From Podospora anserina (lineage: Eukaryota), in contig CM030335.1 in assembly GCA_017654855.1 (NCBI GenBank), forward strand, positions 806,001 to 870,000: 64,000 nucleotides of DNA, in the 5' to 3' direction. This document shows, in pieces, positions 13,501 through 25,846 of this stretch. Numbering within the stretch: the stretch's first letter is position 1; each line of letters starts with the position of its first letter. The translations under genes were made by a program, and so were the position numbers. The notes beneath the pieces were generated by a model. The model did no database searches, was not told the DNA's origin, and was given only the letters and a program-made list of their open reading frames with translations.

Positions 13501-15073
13501 AGAAAAACAGGTACGGATACGATACAAAGGTACATTCAACCATCCAACCTCACAGTCCAGTCTGGACAATTATGCAATGCAAGGACCGTCCATCACATCC
13601 CCAATATTTCCCCAACCTCGACTCAGAAAGTCTCGCCCTGATGACCAGACCTCGACTGAGTCCTCGCCCATCGGCAAACCATCTGGTCTGGTTTTGGGCG
13701 TGGGTTGGATGGCGTTTTGGCGCCATGTCAGGTTGTCATGTCTGTGAGGGAACGCTGTGCTGGTACCACAGAGCTTGTCAGATCAAGTCTTGTCCGAGCA
13801 CCTTACCGGAATCATCCCAGTACCACTTCCAATGACGTGATTGCCGTCAGCCGCAACGCTCAAGTGGGACAAGCCTGAGAGGGAGAGAAAAAAAAAAAAG
13901 AGAAGCAATACGGAGTATTCGCCAAGGATTCCGTCGTGCCCAACAGGGCAGGCGGGCGAGAATATCACCATCTACTGCGTGTACAGTTTTGTTTTCGGTG
14001 AACTGTGTCCAAGGCCGTCAGCGCCAACTCGCTTAGCTTGAGAAAAGTCGTAAGAGTTTTCTTTTATACGGATGTCACGGTTAGGTCAGCCAGGAAGCTA
14101 CCCACCCGGCACAGGAGGCTCTGTCTAAGAAGAGCCTCTCTTCCACCTTCTGTTCCTGAATCCCGTCCTTTGATGTATTGTTTATTCTTTTCCACAGCGG
14201 GGCCCCGGCTTCTTCCATAGCAGTCAATAGCCTAAATGGCTCACAAAGGGCACAATCGCAGAGGGCAAAGCCACGCCGCACAGCACAGGGAGGATGTGAG
14301 CTGTGCTGAAAGAAGCTTGCTGTTCCTGATGGTGTGCCTGTGTATCTCGAGTTCGAGTCCAGTCCAGTCCAGTCCAGTCCCATCCCGCACCGCCATGGCA
14401 ATCAGGGCATATTTGTCGGGTGCTCCCGGCCCTTGTGGAGCTGAGGAGCAAAAGACGTCAGCCCGAATTGGAAAGAATTCCGGCCGTGGAGTTGCTTTCG
14501 TGAATAGGCTGAGTAGTTGATGTGATTGTCTCTTTCTGCGGAGCCCTGTGTTTTGTGTTCCGTCGTGTTGTGGCCAGTGAAACGAAACTGAGTGGGATGA
14601 AGTCGAGACCCCAAGGCGGTAAGCCCGACCCGGGCCTAAGGAACCCTCCACCCCCCTCCTGGGCCCCCCCTGGACAGTTCTGGACAGTCTGGCAGAAGGT
14701 CTTGCCCATCCGGTTGCGGCCAATGCTTCCATTCGAACCATTGCCGCAGTGGTCGTGCATGGTGCCGTGGAAGTAGGGCTCCCGGAGTACCGGGACACAT
14801 GGAGCAAAGCGAGGACTCCACTGCCCAGAATAGCACCTTGTTGCTGGCTGGCAGAGTCAGGCTGATAAAGCCGGCCTAATTTTTCCCTTTGCCGTGATTC
14901 ATATGTCTCATCAGTGAGCTTTCTTCCGCAGTCACGGCAGCCCCGGTACCGTGTTTTTAAATACCAAGCCTGGCATCCCTATTCTGTCCTTGCATGTTTC
15001 GTTAGCCCTATCAAGCCTCCCATATATACCATACACACACACACACATACACACACAACCAGAAGCAGCAAGC

Positions 15074-16547
15074 ATGTGGCCCGGGGATTCCACCGACAAC
15101 CTACCTGTTCAACCTCCCAGCGGACTTGACGACATGGACAACGACCACTACGCACACTCGGTGAGCTCTTCCTCGCCGTCGGACTCACCCGCCGCGAGCT
15201 CGCCGCTCACTAGTCCCGACTTGTCTGAGGATGGCTTCGACATTGATCGTTCCCCATCACCACTTGGTGGTCGTGAACAAGAAGCTGGCAGCCCCAAGTT
15301 CACCCTCGTCATCGGGGGTCTTGGGTATATCGGATCACACACCGTGTTGGAGCTCCTAAGAGAGGGGCACAATGGTATTGTTCTCTCCCCCCACCTTTTT
15401 TGCCGTCTCGTGCTAACCGTGCCGTCTTGCAGTCATCATTGTCGACAACCTCAGCAACAGCTACCAGACCATCCTGGACAGCATCAAGACCTTGACGGCC
15501 AAGCACTGCAAGGCCAATGGCAGGAGGATGCCCTTGATCCACTTCCACCGTCTCGACTATCGCAGCCGATCGATGCGGTTCCTCATCGAGAGCTACACGG
15601 ACCTTGTCATGTCGATCGACGGCAGCGGCAGGCAACGCATGACGTACCAGTCCCGCATCGAGGGGGTGATCCACTTTGCGGCTTACAAGTCGGTCGAGGA
15701 GTCGATACGGCGGCCGTTGCAGTACTACCAGAACAACGTCTGCGGGCTCGTATCGCTGCTCCAGCAGCTCGACAAGTACAACATCCACAACTTTATCTTT
15801 AGCAGCTCGGCGACCGTGTACGGGTCCAAGGCCAACACGGGCGAGCCGCTGCGGGAGTCGGACCTGATCCACCACGCCGAGGAGCGGGTCGACGAGTCGA
15901 CGGGCGAGCGCATCGTGACGCAGCCGTCGGCGGTGGGCCTGTCGTGCCCCTACGCGCGGACAAAGTACTTCAGCGAAGCTATTCTTGCAGATGTGGCGGC
16001 CGCGAACCCGGCCTGGCGCATCGTGGCACTGCGCTACTTCAACCCCGTTGGCTGCGACCCGTCGGGACTGCTGGGGGAGAACCCGCGGGGGGAGGCGACC
16101 AACCTGTACCCCGTGCTGACACAGGTGCTGACGGGGCAGAGGGAAAGGCTAAACGTATTCGGCACAGACTGGGCGACGCGGGACGGCACGGCGGTTCGAG
16201 ACTACATCCACGTCCTGGACGTGGCGCGGGGCCACATCTCGGCGCTCGGGTGGAACGGCGATCGCGGGGGGACAGGGTTCCGCGCCTTCAATCTCGGGAG
16301 CGGCACGGGCACCACTGTGCTCGAAGCAGTCCGGAGCCTCGAGGCCGCATCGAAAAGGACTGTCTCACTGGACTGGGCCGGACGAAGACCAGGAGACGTT
16401 GGCGTCTGCGTGGCGTCTACCGAGCGAGCCAGCAAGGAGCTGGGGTGGTCACCGCGGGAGAGCGTCGCCCAGTGCGCATCAGATCTGTGGAACTTTGTCG
16501 AGAGGACCTTGGGGCTGCAGCAGCAGCAGCAGTCAGTCAAGGTGTGA
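15074..16547 (+). CDS. uge3: UDP-glucose/UDP-GlcNAc 4-epimerase (GalE-type extended SDR, about 471 aa)
   Basis: ATG 15074, intron 15375-15432. Motifs GGLGYIGSH, IVDNLSN, VIHFAAYKSVEES, FSSSATVYG, YARTK (YxxxK), LRYFNPVG, RDGTAVRDYIHV. Divergent from gtb3. Confidence 0.93.
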
Positions 16548-16701
16548 TGTCCATCCCGTCCTGTCAGGCCAAAGCAAGCCAAGCCAAAGCCAAGCCAAGC
16601 GACTGATTCCCTTCGAGGATGTGGTTTCGTTTCGGGATCGGGTGGATGTCGGTATTTTTTTTTCTTCCTTCGATGGGGTATAATGCTAATGGGTAAAATT
16701 G

Positions 16702-16703
<2 letters not shown>

Positions 16704-16743
<40 letters not shown>

Positions 16744-16751
16744 TGATTGAT
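16704..16751. repeat. (GATT)n tetranucleotide microsatellite downstream of uge3
   Basis: About 10 tandem GATT units, visible directly. Confidence 0.9.
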
Positions 16752-17551
16752 CTGTTTGATGGAGGGTCGGTCGCGGTGGTCGTTTGACGTTGCGGTGTTT
16801 TGGAGTCGCGGACAAGGGTCGACAGCTGAGTGAGTGGGACGCGGCACACACATCTCTGCCCTCTGCCACCTGGCAGACCCAGGGCAACCTCAACTGACAC
16901 ACCTCACCTCACACACACCTGAAAAAGGCACAAACACACACACACACACACATTTTCTGTTTCATTTCATTTTCTGTCTAAACGGGGAAAGGGATTTGCA
17001 TTGGGTTTTCCTAGGTTTCCTAAAAATGGCTGCGACTGTCTTTTGTTTTCTTTTGTCACTTTTACAGTACATTAGGCTACGGAATAAGGATACACATTAT
17101 ACCTACCTAGCAAAGCAATCAAGGAAAATGAAATAAACAATGCAATTGTTCAATTCCCCTTTGCTCCCGTCCCATGTCTTTTCTACACTATATACGACAC
17201 CTTGGCGTTGTCTTGGACTCTCTTGCGTGTGGATCTCGCCCAGGGCTTGTCCCTTCTTGTCATTTTCTTGTCAAGAGCTTGTATTTTCTTCAAGAAATGT
17301 GCCCGGTAGTGTAGGGGAAGCTTATATTGAACCTTGCTGGTTGGGCGTCCCCCAAGAAATAGAGATTAATTGCTGTCAATTGCTACATGCGAACACGGCT
17401 GGCCTCGGCACAAACGGCACCGGGGAACACTCCAAAACTTTTTTAACCAATTACATTTCTTCTGTTCAAATATTTTCCCCCTTCAACTTCTCTCCTCGAC
17501 CCCTGGCAGCCCTAGGCCGCTAGCTTCACATGCCAAGCGATCCTCCTGCAT

Positions 17552-18094
17552 TCAACACTTCTGTTCAAGGCCATGATCGTCAGCAACTGTTCGATTTCTG
17601 CGCAGAATACTTTGGATAGATTGAGCGAACGAGACCCTGACGGAGGCACGCGACCGGCCACGTCAACACAACAAAGAAAGAAAAAAAGAAAGAAAAAAAT
17701 CTTACCTTAGCCGAGGGCTTTGGGCATCCTCTCTGCGATTTCAAGTAGCACCCCTCGAGGTGGGCTGCCTTGCACTCGCACAGCTACGGTAATATCAACA
17801 TCGAGATAAGTCAGCATGGATACCATACTACGACTCTGACGCTGCCGGCAGAACAGTGAAGATGTAAGAGAGCAAACTCACCGACTTGCCCTGCAGAAAC
17901 GTCGGACACCGGTCGGGCTCGCAAACACAAGCCAGACGAAAGTCATGCTTGGGGTGTTCGTGCTTGTTATGCTTGCCTTTGCCCTTGGCAGCTCGCATCT
18001 CCAGCATGTTCACGTCGGCCGGTGAGCTCGAGTGAGCCAGCACCGTCGACGAGAAGGCAGCAGCAACTGCAACAGCAACCAATGAGAGCTTCAT
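17552..18094 (-). CDS. Small secreted cysteine-rich protein (about 99 aa, 8 Cys, 3 exons)
   Basis: Signal peptide MKLSLVAVAVAAAFSSTVLA. Exons 18094-17882, 17783-17706 and 17560-17552 with GTGAGT/GTAAGA donors and TAG/CAG acceptors. The spliced C-terminus is CVCEPDRCPTFLQGKSLCECKAAHLEGCYLKSQRGCPKPSAKKC*. The last micro-exon is the least certain part. Confidence 0.75.
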
Positions 18095-21000
18095 GCTGGG
18101 CAAGCGAGCGAATCAGGCCGAGGTAGCAGCAGCACTTGGGGCGATGAGATGAGATGGTGGTGTGGTTTTGGACGCGCAAATTCTGCTGCTCAAGAAATCT
18201 TGGCTATGAGGGGATCAATATATCCAAGCACATCAGAGTAAGCTCCCAAGTTCTAGCCCCGCCTTCGCCCTCAGCTCTGCTTTTTGACGTGGCGACTAGT
18301 TAACGCCGTGGACGGCGGTGGCTGCTCCCGCCCTACAACACCACCTTTTTTTTTTTTTGTTTTTTTTTGTTTTTACTTTTCTGAGTTCTGACCCGAGCTT
18401 CTGCGCCAGAGGCGGCTGACGGAACAGTCCAGGCACGACGCCAGGCACAAGGCACAGAGGACATGTTCCCACTCTTCCGCTGCCGCGCTGCCCCTCCCAT
18501 TTCTACTGGACTGAGACCGATTGACACATCACTGACGAGAACTTTTGAGTGTTTATGGCTGAGGTAAGACAAAGCTCAGGCTGGGAGCCCAAAGTTTCCG
18601 AGAATCAACCCATCACCTTGTGTAATCGAACGTCGGGCGTAGTACAGCGGAACTCCGTTTTCGATGGCACGTCAAAATGGAATCACGCCAACGTTTTCTT
18701 CTTGCGGCACATCCCACCCCCCCCCTCCTCCTTCCTGGTGTAAGGTAGCCCACCGCATCCACCCACCGACCCGAATATCCAACCCCCCCTGAAGCTCCCC
18801 TTGCCCCCTGTCCCCTGTCCCCTGTCCTGTCGCTTCCTCTCCCCCTGGTCCTCGGACCCTCCAACCACAGAAAGCAAAATCGTGGATGAACCGCGCGGCA
18901 CCCCTCTCTTGCAATTAAAGGGGTGTGAATGAGCCAGGGTACAGAAGTGACCCGTCACATTTCCCTTGCATTTATCCAGGAACAAAGATTGTGGAGAAAA
19001 ACAATGAGGCGAACATGGGGGGCGCATTCGGCCGTGGGAACGGGAACTACAGCGATCTGATGGCCATCCAACCTCACCACCTCACCTCCACTCGCCGGCC
19101 TCCACCTCCGCACACCTTACCCCAAAATAAACCTCATGATCGACATGTCTCCAAATTCACCAACACACATGGCGCTATTGAAGCTCAGCACTTCAGCCTT
19201 CTGGGTTTAAAGCAGGTTTACCCCCAGCTCATGCATTGCACCTCGTAAACCAAAAAGCCACTCGAATGCTTGTTCGCCCATCATAATCACCACCTCACCG
19301 AGTTTCCCGAAACCACCTCATGGGAACCTCGGCATCTCGACAGCCGGGCAGGCCAGGACCCGATGCCAATCGGTGGTGGTGACGTTTGCCCTATGGAGCA
19401 ACTGTTGACCACGTCAACAAAAAATTGGTCATCACACAAGATCTGTCCACTTGTAGCAAAATCCTTCGGGAGAGTTCCCCACCTCTCACATCTCACTTTT
19501 TGTTTTCTTCAGTTGTCGTGATTCACGGAAACGGTTTACCCTCGCTCTCAGGTCAGACCATTCACCTCGTCCAGTCATTATCAACGTCGAAAAGGGGCCC
19601 ATGATTACACAACCTCGAGGCCGGTAACAACAGCGTAACAACAGGATTGGCTGAAAAAGGGCCGGTAACGAACAACGCATACACACACACACACAGCAGA
19701 TGTGAAATACGAAGAGTAGATTGCATCCCACACCCCAGCCAGCCCTCTTGCAGAATGCATGCATACTTTATTGTACAGACCTGAGAGCTACATGATGTAC
19801 GTAGGTACCTGTAGATGCAAAGCTGCGAAAGATGTGATGAGGAAAGCAGGCAACTCAGCTCCCAAAACTATCCGGTCACCAGACACAAAAGACATGTACG
19901 GAGAAGATCAATAGAGGCTTGGTTGCCGAAGTGCTCTCAGCTGCTTTACCTGTATCGGGAGAGAAAGGTGACAACACATTCCCTGGGATCGGACTATTTA
20001 CCCATCACACGCATGAGCCATGGCACCACCATCTTGAAGATGACCTCATTGCGTTCGAGCCTTATGTTTGCGTGTGCAAAGATGACGGCGGTGAACTTGG
20101 TGGTCATCAATCCTCTGGAGTGTTCCAAAACAGAACCCTTTCTACCTACCTAGCTACCTACTAGCAAGATTCACAACCAATAGTAACCAAAAACACAAAC
20201 ACAGACACCACAATCCCGTCCCGAGAAACAGGTTCTTGTCCACTTCCATCCCCGCCGCATCGAGTTTGTGCGCGGGGCGCGTGTGCTGTGTGTGTGTTTT
20301 CGTCCTTGTTCAACCACACCACCAGACTAACACCGTAAAGGGAACACGCAATTCGAAACCATGTGGTGGAATACAAACTTTGCATCACAGTATCACAAAA
20401 CAAAGAACATACCGGGGGGTTGAGCTACAAGCCATCATCACCAACACCGAAGTGCACGGCCCCAGCTTGGATGGACCAGGTAAACTTCGTCTCCAAGCCC
20501 TCATCATGAAAACTTTTCTTTTTTTTTTTTTTTTTTTTTGCTTGCCCAGCAGTGAGGAATTCTAGATCTCAATAATCCCTCACCAACACACACCAGCTGA
20601 AGTCAAAAGTGGCAGTACACTTCCCCCATCACCAATCGTAGCATCTCCTGAGAAAAACGTGGCGCCCAATCGCGATTGATGGCCGTGCAAGGTCTAGAAT
20701 CTCTGCGAAAGAACCTTACCTGGTAGTGAGGCGGCAAGGAATGGATTGATTGTAACTTTGCAGCAAAAAGCCCCAGTTATCAAAAGACGTCAAGGTCTAG
20801 GCTTTGCTGCAGATGGGTTAGGTGTGTCGTCGATGCAGGAATCCAATATGGCTTTGCAACCATCGGTTAGATAGATGCTTCATGATGGATACCTTAGATG
20901 GGTTCTAGAACGACAGAAAACAATGCATGGAGGGTTTCGAATGACTGCATGAAAGCTTATTGTTTGCCTCGCCTTGCAGCAAAAAGATAGAATGAAGCAG

Positions 21001-21310
21001 GCAGTTAGTTCAAGTCTGGAACCTTACAGCTCTCGCTTGTTTACAATAAAGGTTGGATGCATGACAATAGACTCAAGCCCTAAAACGTCATAACAAGGGC
21101 CATGTGGTCCATCATTACAATGAGACTCAAGCCTAGAACTAGCGGGAAATCGTCGCTAAAAGTTGCCATATGGACATAAAAGATGGGGTTTCTACAGATT
21201 AGCGAAACGAAACTAGCCCCTTTGTCTAAAATATAGATGACGCCGAATATTCCACCTGCCCCCGGTCTATCATCGCCCACCCAACCCAACCTAACCATCT
21301 CTCTCCATCA

Positions 21311-22185
21311 TCAACAACACCCCCCCTCTTCCTCCCCATCCCACTCCTCATCCGCCTCACCCACATAACCCCCCCAACCCCCATCCCAACTCTCATACCC
21401 CCCCTCCCCCGTCAAAAAGTGCGCCCCCCACCGCTCCCTCCTCACATCCGCCAATATCCTCTCTTTTTCGTCTCCCTGACAACTATGCGCAATAACCACA
21501 CTCCTCTCCCTCAACTCTTTTGGTAACTTCTTCACATTCTCCCTCACATAACCCCCCCACCACTCCCTGGCTACATTCTCAAAAACAACCACGTAATCCC
21601 CCTTTTCCCAATACCCCTGATCAGGAAAAACCCCCGGGTTATACACCACCACCGCCTCTTCCCCAAGCGCACTCCTCACCTCCCCCGCGGCCTCAGCCAT
21701 ATACCCCACATGGCCCCCGTCAGCAGGCGCCTCGTCAAAGAAAATCCCCTTGATATCCACGCCCTATTTTCATTATCATTAGCCAGTGTGTACCACCCCC
21801 CGCACTGTGTTTTTTTTTGGTTTGTTTGTGGACTTACGCAACCCCTCTTCTCACACCCCCAAACTTTATACCTCTCTACATCCCTCCTCATCTCTCCCTG
21901 CTCCCTCTTCCCATAGCTGCAGTAGACATACCCCACCAACTTTACATTTTCCACATCCCTCAGTTGTTGAAGCACCCGGACGTAGTTCTCGTCCGGCCTG
22001 TCGCCCTCCCCGGGGCCATTAGACGGGTTGACGACGACGAGGAACTGGAGGGTGGGGTGCCGGTTTGCGGCGAGCAGCAGGGGGGTCCAGGCGTCGGGGG
22101 AGGGGTAGATGTAGAGGGGGAGGAGGATGAGGGCTTTGTTGTTGTTTTGGGAGGGGGAAGAGAATTTGGTCATTTTGGTGCCCAT
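21311..22185 (-). CDS. sph3: Spherulin-4-like alpha-1,4-N-acetylgalactosaminidase (GH135, about 266 aa)
   Basis: Exons 22185-21838 and 21763-21311 (intron GTAAGT..AATAG). Motifs LLPLYIYP, VVVNPSNGPG, GIFFDE, VVYNPG, VVFE. Located in the GAG cluster. Confidence 0.88.
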
Positions 22186-22607
22186 TTTGATGGGGAAGAC
22201 AAATAAATAAATAAATCAAAAAATAAAAGTTTATATTAATTTGGTGAGATAAGGTGGAGAGAGGTGAGGTTGTATTCGCGTGCGGGAGTTGGAGTCGGGG
22301 TAAATGATAAGGTGGGGAAAAAATAGAGGAGGTGGTGTGTGGTGGTGTGTAGTGGTGGGGAGAAATGGTCTATTGCAGCTCTTTTGATCTAAGAAAACAA
22401 AAGAAAATAAAAAAATGTCCGCACCACAAAAAAAGCCAAGGTGGAGACATGATGTGAAATGATGCAAAAAGCGGGGAGGAGGGACGCGGCACCCCAGGGA
22501 TGATGATGGTGTGCGTGGCTCTGGTGTGTGTGTATGTGTGTGTGTGTGTGTGAGGCAAAGTAAAACAAGAAAGCAAAGAGAGATGATGATCTTCAACCCA
22601 ATCGTAA

Positions 22608-23606
22608 TTATCGGCCAGAGGAAAACCGCCGCAGCACCTTTGTCCTCACCTGCCTTCCATCGCAGTACTCAGCCCCAAAATTGAGGTTCATCCCCTTGAG
22701 AATGGTGCTGAACCCATTCGCGCCTGGGGCGTTGCAGTACGCCTGCTTTTGCTCGGCGTTGGTGTTGAACGGAGCTCCTTCGGGGTACTCAATGTGGAAC
22801 ACGGGCTTGCCCGCGTCGACAAACTGAGAGAAGGTCCTGCAGTCGTTGAACTCGGCGCACTCCTCGTTGACGGCAAACTGCATCCGCGGCAGCATCGTTT
22901 TGACAATGTCGCCGGCGTTCTTGAGGCCGATGGCCATGTTGCGCTTGTGAGCCTCGTCGGCGAGGAAGGTCATGAAGGAGACGGAATCCTCCGGTGTCAG
23001 GTCCATCCCGTTCTCGTTCTGGTACCCATCGACATTGTCAGGATCGACAGCGTCGCAGCCCATCCTGCTGGCGATTTCGATGCGGCCGACCATGATCTCC
23101 CTGATCGCCGGGCTGCTGATGTTGAGCCATCTCTCGTCCGGCCACCCGTCCAGGACAAGGCCGATGTCCTCCTCGGGGAACTTGGACGAGTCAGGACGGT
23201 TCTTCTCGTAGGACCCGGCGCTGAAGTAGCAGATGACCTTCTTGTTGAGCTTGTGTAGACTCGATACGGCGCGCGAGTTTTGGTGCATGAACATGTCAAT
23301 GTCGTACACGTCCACGTCGGGTTCGACAGCAGGGTTGTTGGGGTCAATGTCGAGCTTCGCGTTGAGGATGATCTGCCATGACGTGTTGACCTTGGGCTGC
23401 CAGATGGCGGTGGGTTGAGGAGCCGGTGGTAGTGAATCGTCGTCTCCGCCGCCGCCGCCCCGGTTCCTCAGACCGAGGCCGAGGCTGAGGCCGACAATCA
23501 GGACGATGATCAACACGGCGGCCACGGCAGCCAGCACCAGCTTCTGCCGGCGTGACAGCCTCGATTCCCTACTATTCCTCCGCAACCTGCCCTCTTTACC
23601 CTCCAT
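22608..23606 (-). CDS. ega3: Endo-alpha-1,4-galactosaminidase (GH114), type II membrane protein (about 332 aa)
   Basis: First ATG at 23606. N-terminal TM (LVLAAVAAVLIIVLIVGLSLGLGL). Motifs WQP..SWQIIL, VYDIDMF, ICYFSAGSYE, GCDAVDPDNVDGY, IGLKNAGD, FAVNEEC, KPVFHIEY. Confidence 0.92.
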   Translation of the reverse strand: MEGKEGRLRRNSRESRLSRRQKLVLAAVAAVLIIVLIVGLSLGLGLRNRGGGGGDDDSLPPAPQPTAIWQPKVNTSWQIILNAKLDIDPNNPAVEPDVDVYDIDMFMHQNSRAVSSLHKLNKKVICYFSAGSYEKNRPDSSKFPEEDIGLVLDGWPDERWLNISSPAIREIMVGRIEIASRMGCDAVDPDNVDGYQNENGMDLTPEDSVSFMTFLADEAHKRNMAIGLKNAGDIVKTMLPRMQFAVNEECAEFNDCRTFSQFVDAGKPVFHIEYPEGAPFNTNAEQKQAYCNAPGANGFSTILKGMNLNFGAEYCDGRQVRTKVLRRFSSGR

Positions 23607-25846
23607 TCTCTGTTGTGCCGGTGGCCACAGGTGAGAGGGTTGCTGGTGTGTGAGCGGTGAGGGGAGATGGCGTCGGTGGCGAGACGAGGAGGGACAAAGA
23701 GTTGGAGGGGTAGGTATTGGCCTGGAAAAACAGCAGACAACAAACGAGGCAATCAGCAAAGCCTGCGGCGCGCGTTGGAACAGCAAGAATTACAATGCGA
23801 AGTGCCGGAGGAATGATCGGATTGAAGATCTTGGCAGCCCTCGAAGTCGGGTGTGAGAGGGGCAGGCAAACAGAGAGGAATGGAGGCTCGATAGAGATGG
23901 CAGAATGCGGGCAGCGGGCAGCGGGCAGCGGCCAGACGAGACAGACAGCGACTCACTACTACTCACTTCCAGGCGGGTTTGGCGGCAGAGATGACATGCC
24001 AAAAAAAGACGTTCGAGAATCGGGATACGAGTTTCGGCTTTGCGCCCTGCCGAGAGACACATCCACGCCCACGCGCTCAAGGTGGAAATGGTGTTTGTGA
24101 TGGAGACGACGGTCGACCGTCTTCGAGACGTCTCGGTCTCGTCCACGCTGCGCGCTGCGACTGGCGGGCGTCACCGAGGAGAAGGAGATCGACAGACAGA
24201 AAGAAAAATCGCTTCCACTGTCGCTGAGGTGGTGGTAGTCGTGTCTGTGATGGCCGGTGGGGTAGGATTCGTGGCTGCCCCCCCCTCCCTCCAGCCGCCC
24301 TGCGACGGCACCGAAGCGGAAAAGATGGCTGCCAAGATTCCACGTTGACAGGGGAGGAGGGGCAGGGGAGGGGCGGGCTGACAGGGGAACACAAGAGCTA
24401 GAGGTCCGTTCCGAACACCCATGAGGTCGAGGTATCTCACGATAGATGCATAACGCCGATCTCTCCAGACGCCCCCCAGTCGCCCAAAGATGACGGCCGA
24501 TGCAACCTCGACGGTCAAGGGTCCCCTCCCTCTTTCCCCTCTTCCCCACACTTGCTTTTTCTTTTCTTTTCTTTGGGGTCGAGGTTCTATTTCCGGCTGT
24601 TGTTGCGCTGTTGTTGAGCCTGAATGTGCCTGATTCTAGAGTGATAGCCGACGGCTTACATGAGCTGAAATGGGTCCATGTCTTTTATTCTGCAAATTCT
24701 GCAGTTTTTTTGCGTGGTTTTCTTTTCGTCTCCCTTGTTCAGTCATCAAACAAGTGTCAAGATGATGATGATGACGACGACGACGGCTTCTTCCAGTCTT
24801 CCAACCATGGAAGTCTTGCTGGGGGCTCAGGTGAGTCAAGAGACCAGCTCAAAGTCGGCCAGCCATGCATTAGGGCTCTATTCGCGGCTGTCACCGACGC
24901 ATTCATTGGGCCATTCCGAGGGAATATTGGTTCTTCGCATTCCTGTACGCAAGGCTCCGAACGACTGGACACCCACCAGCACCTGCCCATGACCACATCA
25001 TACATCCATGGTCCATAGGGCCTAGCGTGGCTGTCGCTGACTGCCGTCCGTTGGAAGCTGGAAAAGCAAAGTTCCACCGGCCGGCCACTCACGTATCGCA
25101 CTCGCATGCACCCGGGCCCAGCAGGCACCCTTCGACGACGGTGTCGGATCCCCGGGTCCATGTCGACGTTCAAACGTCCGATCCACACCAGACGTCCACA
25201 TGTCACGCACTTCGTGTTCCCCTTAGCTCCTTTTCTTTCTTGTTCTCGGTCTTGATATTGCGGCCTGAACGTCCAAATAGGGTAATCTTGTTGTCCGCTG
25301 TGGTGTAGCACCGTCAGCGCCTCTTCTCGGCGCGTCCACGCCGTGCAAGCCGAATCCCACATGTCTTTGCCTTCAGGCACTGGAGTTGGAAAAGAAGAAA
25401 TCCAATAGTTTGTGCCCTCGCCGACGTCGCCCCCAGAAAGCCATCCGGAACACCAAGGGCCACCAAGGACCACACCTCATTTCCTTTTGGTCTGTCAGTG
25501 CCGTACTGTGTAGGGTAACAAATCCAATACTGGCAGCTTGTGGCTGGCAAGGGGGCCCATCCAGATCATCCACGTTCGCTAGCTTTGCTCACTTCTCACA
25601 ATCCGAGCGAGAGGCTGAGAAAGAGGGGCGTAGTCTCTGTCGAAGCTGGCCGCCAGTACTTATTCGAGATCCAACCCAACCTGTTCGGAACCACCATCAA
25701 GCACCAACGACACTCGTTCCTGTCGCACCTTGTTACCCGGCAGGTCAGGGAGTTTGCCTTGCCTCACGGTATCGGTCATTGTTTGGGCCAGTCAGTCGCC
25801 CTTCAGACGTTCGCTCCTTGTTCGCTCCTTTCCCGCTCTCCCCATC

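Noticed and set aside
10600..14950. Many 60-240 aa ORFs between gtb3 and uge3
   Set aside because: They mostly start at GTG/TTG, contain homopolymer and microsatellite runs, and lack codon bias or motifs. Treated as promoter/UTR.
23790..25800. Overlapping ORFs between ega3 and agd3
   Set aside because: No consistent coding signal; this is a divergent promoter region.
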